Virus record (IMG/VR): IMGVR_UViG_3300027741_000001
Source of the DNA: a virus
Direction: 5' to 3' (one strand)
Length of the DNA: 64,000 bases
Program-made: the position numbers and the translations under genes
Notes under the pieces: model-generated
Seen by the model: the letters and a program-made list of their open reading frames with translations, nothing else
The model's database searches: none
What the model was told of the DNA's origin: nothing
Shown here: piece by piece, positions 59,133 to 64,000 of the stretch
Numbering within the stretch: the first letter of the stretch is position 1
How the letters are laid out: the number at the start of each line of letters is the position of its first letter

Positions 59133-62018
59133 ATGAAACGCAACAAATCAAAAAAAGTGCCACAAATCATTATTGTGACACTTCTTTCGGGATTACCGAT
59201 CTGCTATGCAGAATCAGCTTTAGCTACTTCTTCTTTCGGTTTATTAGAACAGAAGCAATCGAGCTCACAACAATCAGTGAAACCCAACCAACTACTAAAC
59301 CAACCCAAAAACTATCTAAATTCACGGTTACAATCATCTCTAACTCCTTCAGTTGAGGATCTTAATACTCTAAAGTCTACACTAGCTGACTACAACACGC
59401 AACTTGACACACTAATCAGCAAACAGCCTACAAACGACTCCCCAGAACTTCAAACAGCCATTAAAAAAGCTCAAACAGCTATCCAGACTCTAAAAACTGA
59501 CGTTTCTGACCTTGAATTGGCCTTAACTACCTATAACAATGCCAAAACTGCTCTTACCTATGCTCTAAAAGCACAAACTCTTGCGGACAAAGACGCACAG
59601 GATAAGAGAAAGATCCTCAGCTCATCGCAAACTTCCCACGAAGCCACGAAACAACAATTAGAAGTTCAGAAGACCGCCGTAGCTCAAGCTCAAACTCAAG
59701 CCACAGAAGCAGATGCAAGTGCGCTCCAGGCACAGGAACTTCTAATGAAGACGACGGAAGCACTGACGCAGCAGAAAGCCATCACAGCTCAGGCACTACA
59801 AACTTTAAACGAACGTCAAACTGACGCCATCGCAGCATCGTCAACATATACCCAAGCACAACAAACACTTACAAATGCAGAAGAACAGAAAGCACAAGCA
59901 GAAAGAAATCTTTCAGCTGCAACTTCCAACAAAGCACAAGCACAGAAAAACTTAGCTGCAGCTACCGTCCAACTTCAAACGAAGCAATCAGAAGTTAACT
60001 CATCCAGGGAGATCTACAATTCCGCCGTTGCCCACTACAACCAAACTTTAGATGAGTACAACCAAGCTTATGACTGGTATCTATATACACAACAGAACGT
60101 CAACTTAACACGCACTAATCTTCAAGCAGGACAACAAAACCTAGACCAAGCACAGTGGAACTATGACAATAACCTCATCCCAGATCCAACGTGGACACCA
60201 GCAACTTACCAACAAGAGCACACCAGGCAAGTTCCAACGACCACTCTTGTTCCAGTAACAACTACCACCCTTACTGGTGGACTAACCGCTGATTCATTCA
60301 ACAGGCAGAATTACTCATCCCGCCCTCCTCTTCCAACTTCTAACGAAACTCCTATTGCAACTCTTAACGTTCCAAATATTAACTACCAATGGGGCGGAGG
60401 TAGTGTTCTAAACTCAGGTAGGTATGACCGAGTCCTCGTTCGCTTCACCGGCCAGCTCTCGGCCCCGGTCACCGGCGACTACCAGTTCTACGCCCCCGCG
60501 GACGACGGCGTCATGCTCTACCTCAACGGTCAGCTTCTGGTCAACGACTGGCGCGACAAGGGCGGCGGCGGGTCCACCTCGGTCCCCGTCCACCTCGAGG
60601 CCGACACCCCCCAACAGCTGACCCTCTACTTCTACGAGAACGGCGGCGGGGCAAACGTCTGGCTTTACTACGCAACTCCAACCACAGGCTTCCAGATTGT
60701 TCCAGCAGCCTACTTAGGCACAACTGCTACCACTACAACCACCTACGTCGAACAAACCACATACATCACCGAAACCTATTACACAACTGAAGTAATTCCT
60801 AACCAAATAGCCCCACTTATTCACGACCCCGCTCTACTTCCTGACCTAAAGAACGCACAGATCTACTACGACGCAACTGTTCTATCAAACCAGCAAGCAG
60901 AAGAAGACTGGCAGTTAGCACAAGCAGATCAACAACAAGCAGCTCAGAACTCTACAACTGCTTACAACCAAGTTATAGATACTGCCACCACTCTGAACGC
61001 CCTTTCTTCAGATCTGGACGTCGAACAAAACGCATTCAACCAAGCCCAGGCAACTTCTAACGAAGCAGATTCAAATTTCCAGAAAGCACAAAGCGTGCGA
61101 TTAGAATCCCAGCAAAATTTGGCATCAGCTGAACAAACTGCAAACGAAGCAACCCAGTATTTAGCTGGATCTAATGCACAATTACAGGCAGCTCAACTTG
61201 CTTATAACATAGAAGAACAAAAAAACCAAGAGACTAAAACTTCCAACGAACAAGCAAAGACATCATTGGAAGCAGCATCCTCAGCTCAATCTCAAGCCCA
61301 AGCAAATCTAGAAACACAAACAAGCTTGCTAAGCTCTGCAACTTCTAACGAAGCTCAAGCTCAAGTTGACGCAGATCTAGCTGCAGCAAACTCAACCCAA
61401 GCTGACACCACATCAAACGAAGCATCAAGTACAGCACAGCAAGCTCAGATCACCACCGACAACTCATCAACCTCATTCCAGTCTTCATTGGAAGTTGCCC
61501 AGGCTACCATTCTCACAATCCCAAACCTCATCAAAGAAGCCACCGACATCTTCAGCACACCACAGGGCTCAGCAGATATTCCAACAAATCTAGATGCAAG
61601 CAACTTACAGGACATTGATTTAGCTCAAATTGACCCAACAGAACTTAGCCCAGAACAAGCCACACTACTTGTAGCAGCTGCTCTAGAAACCTTCAATACA
61701 GCCACAGAAGGCTCTCCAGAGTACAATCAAGCCCTAGACGCCCTTTACCTAGCTGCACAGCAAGATGACATTGTTGTTGACGAGTCCCTAGCCAATATCC
61801 CGGGTGTTGGACAGGCTGCAGTAGCCATTGCTAACGTTTTGAACTTAGTTGGCAACGTTGGAGCCGATATTTCACCTAAAGCCCGTAAAAAAGCTCAAAA
61901 CCTTGTTGTAACCACCCTTGTTGTTGGACAAATTGCCCAAGCAGCAGCTCTAGCTACCGCCAGTTCAGGCGGTTCATCTAACAAAACAAACAGAATAAAC
62001 AGGAAGACAGGAAAGTAA
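59133..62018 (+). CDS. Secreted coiled-coil protein with central PA14 domain
   Basis: Signal-like N-terminus, Q/A-rich heptads, INYQWGGG...VRFTG...ADDG..L...YENGGGA. Confidence 0.85.
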   Translation: MKRNKSKKVPQIIIVTLLSGLPICYAESALATSSFGLLEQKQSSSQQSVKPNQLLNQPKNYLNSRLQSSLTPSVEDLNTLKSTLADYNTQLDTLISKQPTNDSPELQTAIKKAQTAIQTLKTDVSDLELALTTYNNAKTALTYALKAQTLADKDAQDKRKILSSSQTSHEATKQQLEVQKTAVAQAQTQATEADASALQAQELLMKTTEALTQQKAITAQALQTLNERQTDAIAASSTYTQAQQTLTNAEEQKAQAERNLSAATSNKAQAQKNLAAATVQLQTKQSEVNSSREIYNSAVAHYNQTLDEYNQAYDWYLYTQQNVNLTRTNLQAGQQNLDQAQWNYDNNLIPDPTWTPATYQQEHTRQVPTTTLVPVTTTTLTGGLTADSFNRQNYSSRPPLPTSNETPIATLNVPNINYQWGGGSVLNSGRYDRVLVRFTGQLSAPVTGDYQFYAPADDGVMLYLNGQLLVNDWRDKGGGGSTSVPVHLEADTPQQLTLYFYENGGGANVWLYYATPTTGFQIVPAAYLGTTATTTTTYVEQTTYITETYYTTEVIPNQIAPLIHDPALLPDLKNAQIYYDATVLSNQQAEEDWQLAQADQQQAAQNSTTAYNQVIDTATTLNALSSDLDVEQNAFNQAQATSNEADSNFQKAQSVRLESQQNLASAEQTANEATQYLAGSNAQLQAAQLAYNIEEQKNQETKTSNEQAKTSLEAASSAQSQAQANLETQTSLLSSATSNEAQAQVDADLAAANSTQADTTSNEASSTAQQAQITTDNSSTSFQSSLEVAQATILTIPNLIKEATDIFSTPQGSADIPTNLDASNLQDIDLAQIDPTELSPEQATLLVAAALETFNTATEGSPEYNQALDALYLAAQQDDIVVDESLANIPGVGQAAVAIANVLNLVGNVGADISPKARKKAQNLVVTTLVVGQIAQAAALATASSGGSSNKTNRINRKTGK
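59630..61352 (+). repeat. Dispersed 13-bp word AACTTCYAACGAA, right arm (about 10 copies on the plus strand)
   Basis: Exact at 60335, 61052, 61238, 61340; near-matches at 59630, 59737, 59801, 59921, 59971, 60229. Confidence 0.75.
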
Positions 62019-62218
62019 TGAAAAAACTAGGAAAGTTCCTATCAGACCTACTAAAAGACCTACTTGACCAAGCTTGGACCCTACTAGGTTTAGCTTTAGG
62101 TTGGGTACTTCTAGAAGGCTCAGCAAGAGATATCGTAGGAAAACTAATTGGAGTCACACTTCTAATCTGGGTACTCACATTCCCTATTAGACGTGAAAAA
62201 GACGAGGATGACGAGTAA
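62018..62218 (+). CDS. Small two-TM protein (holin-like)
   Basis: Two TM helices and a charged C-terminus; upstream of the M23 gene. Confidence 0.55.
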   Translation: MKKLGKFLSDLLKDLLDQAWTLLGLALGWVLLEGSARDIVGKLIGVTLLIWVLTFPIRREKDEDDE

Positions 62219-62418
62219 TGTTTGCTTATTTAAAGCACTACTACTTTATAAAACACAAAGATGTCTCTCTGCTTGCATTAGAAGCTTGGAGAGAGTACAT
62301 CAAAGGTAAACCACGTATCTACAATATGGATATTTGTCACAATTTTCAAAAAGGGTTTATTAACACTTACCGTCACAATTATGCTAAGGCTCAACTAGCC
62401 TTAAATAAAGCGTTGTAA
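62218..62418 (+). CDS. Hypothetical protein
   Basis: TAA/ATG overlap. Confidence 0.55.
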   Translation: MFAYLKHYYFIKHKDVSLLALEAWREYIKGKPRIYNMDICHNFQKGFINTYRHNYAKAQLALNKAL

Positions 62419-62459
62419 AATTAACTGTAACACCCAATCACTATTAAGGAGACAAAATT

Positions 62460-62993
62460 ATGGCCGTTGAAGTGACATACTTCGAACCATTTGATCCAAA
62501 GCTTCGCGGAGACGAGCTTGGAAACTTAGCACCATATCGTAACGGACGTCCACATCGTGGACAGGACTGGCATCCAAAGGAGAAGAGCCCAATCAAGGCT
62601 ATCTGCGATGGCACAGTTGGTCTTGTTGCTTGGACCGATGTACTAGGACACATCCTTGTTCACTCTTCAGCAGATGGCAAGCACTGGGTTCTATACGCAC
62701 ACCTCGCAGTAGCACCTACCCTAAAGAAGGGTGACAAAGTTGTTGGCGGTCAAACCGTTCTAGGTCTAGTTGGTGGCGGTAAGAACACACCAAGCGGATC
62801 CGCAAGTACCGGGGCCCACCTTCACATGACTGTTGCCACAATGGGAAAGAACTTTGCAGGAGTTGAAGCACACTTGCTTCCATTCGAGCGTCTAGTTGAC
62901 CCACTAAAGCTTTTCACAGCAGCTCCTAAGAAGTCTGTTGCAGCAAAGGTTGTATCCGCCGTCAAGAAGGTAGTTCCTACCAAGAAGGCGTAA
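62460..62993 (+). CDS. M23 metallo-endopeptidase (endolysin-like)
   Basis: HRGQD, YAHL, STGAHLH. Confidence 0.9.
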   Translation: MAVEVTYFEPFDPKLRGDELGNLAPYRNGRPHRGQDWHPKEKSPIKAICDGTVGLVAWTDVLGHILVHSSADGKHWVLYAHLAVAPTLKKGDKVVGGQTVLGLVGGGKNTPSGSASTGAHLHMTVATMGKNFAGVEAHLLPFERLVDPLKLFTAAPKKSVAAKVVSAVKKVVPTKKA

Positions 62994-63050
62994 TAAGCTA
63001 GCCCGGAGATAAAGGTGTAATTAAAACACGTAATAAACCTGACCGGTAGA

Positions 63051-63088
63051 AAGAAGCCCCCACCTGACGAGGATGGGGGTTTTCTTTT
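63051..63088. terminator. Bidirectional terminator between convergent genes
   Basis: GC hairpin with A-rich and T-rich flanks. Confidence 0.6.
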
Positions 63089-63282
63089 ACTTCTTTTTTA
63101 ATTTACTAATTAATTTTCTTATTGGCCACAGAAGAATCCAAAAGCATTTAAATATTGTATGTAGTACCCAAATAAATAAAACTAACGAAGTTAACATAAA
63201 TAAAGTTAGTGGGAACTGACTTCTTTTAGGAAGTTTAGATCTTGTTTTTACAGTAGCTCTATAGCTAAACGGTTGATTCCTA

Positions 63283-63768
63283 CTATTTCTCGGCATGAGT
63301 CACCCAGTAGTAATTACAACCCTCACAACAGGGTTTATTATCTGGATCACTTACAGAATCAAAGAACTGAAAGTAGTACACAGGATCTTTCTTATAAAGA
63401 TTTGCCTTGTGTGTAGCCAAAACTCTATGGCTTTTATCAGAGTCATGGAACCAGTTAGGTAGTCCATTACCCCAATTATCATAATTTGCTAAGAACAAAT
63501 TCTTGATATTGATTACGTTATTTATAGTTTTTATGCCACGTTTGTCAGCTTCTTTAACGCAACACATAATGTAAGCCAACAATGATTTTTCGTGCCCACG
63601 CCACATCTTTACTGCAGGGTGATTACGCCATCCGGCTTTAGGGTCGTCACTCGATAGAACTTTAAGAATCTGATAACCCTCTAGAATCTGCTTGTTCAAT
63701 CGCTTATTGTCTAGCACTTGCGCGGACTGATCAAAGTCCTTATATGGTAGAAATGTTTGCATACTCAA
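63283..63768 (-). CDS. MSMEG_6728-like / pyrimidine-dimer DNA glycosylase-fold protein
   Basis: MQTFLPY..F..SA..LD.KRL.KQ.LE..Q...W.NHPAVKMWRG...H..NL..KD. Confidence 0.85.
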   Translation of the reverse strand: MSMQTFLPYKDFDQSAQVLDNKRLNKQILEGYQILKVLSSDDPKAGWRNHPAVKMWRGHEKSLLAYIMCCVKEADKRGIKTINNVINIKNLFLANYDNWGNGLPNWFHDSDKSHRVLATHKANLYKKDPVYYFQFFDSVSDPDNKPCCEGCNYYWVTHAEK

Positions 63769-63807
63769 ACCATACTGACGTTTAGCATATCTGTCAAGAT
63801 ATATTTA

Positions 63808-63999
63808 CTATTTTCTGCCTAATTTAATTACATTACTGTAAGTGACATATCCAAAAGGATCTATTACAATTGATCCCTCAGGGTAGCCATCAGCATACCT
63901 TTCATGGGCAGTAGCAACAAAATAGACTCCAACCCCTTCAATTTCAGTGACATGCTTATGAGGGTAATCAATTAGATTAGATACTAAAATAGCCGGACT
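63808..63999 (-). CDS. C-terminal fragment, possibly of a nucleotide-sugar (UDP-glucose-type) dehydrogenase
   Basis: Manual translation SPAIL...ATAH...PEGSIVIDPFG; 5' part lies outside the window. Confidence 0.4.
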   Translation of the reverse strand, partial: SPAILVSNLIDYPHKHVTEIEGVGVYFVATAHERYADGYPEGSIVIDPFGYVTYSNVIKLGRK

Positions 64000-64000
64000 T

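Noticed and set aside
1-64000. tRNA/rRNA genes, integrase, transposase
   Set aside because: None were recognised by eye; tRNAscan-SE would be needed to exclude tRNAs fully.

Overview
This window is part of a large tailed dsDNA phage genome. The host is probably a low-GC actinobacterium of Microbacteriaceae type, inferred from an actinobacterial SSB, a ClgR-like regulator, an actinophage-type portal, DUF1360 and an MSMEG_6728-like gene. The left part (1-34.4 kb, mostly minus strand) is a head/packaging region: large terminase, portal, a Dps fusion, and two giant paralogous polyvalent proteins. One is 3232 aa (DEDDh exonuclease, UvrD-like helicase, ArdC). The other is a >4970-aa ORF missing from the supplied track because it runs off the window (DEDDh, zincin protease, 2 ADP-ribosyltransferase, 3 GNAT and 1 ParB-like domains). 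In both proteins a recurring in-frame peptide, P[SNA]QNRE, sits at domain boundaries, suggesting virion-packaged polyproteins that are cut or unfolded into separate effectors; this is the main candidate novel system. The middle (35-52 kb, plus an inverted island at 29.4-31 kb) is an early/host-takeover region of small genes. It has repeated promoter-hairpin cassettes, a repeated covarying 28-nt RNA pseudoknot, anti-RBS hairpins and strong depletion of 4-bp palindromes. The right part holds a TerS-like gene, a 13-bp DNA word repeated in mirror orientation around an AT-rich divergence point, a PA14 protein with a high-GC patch, and lysis-type genes. All calls come from manual reading of the sequence; no database searches were run.
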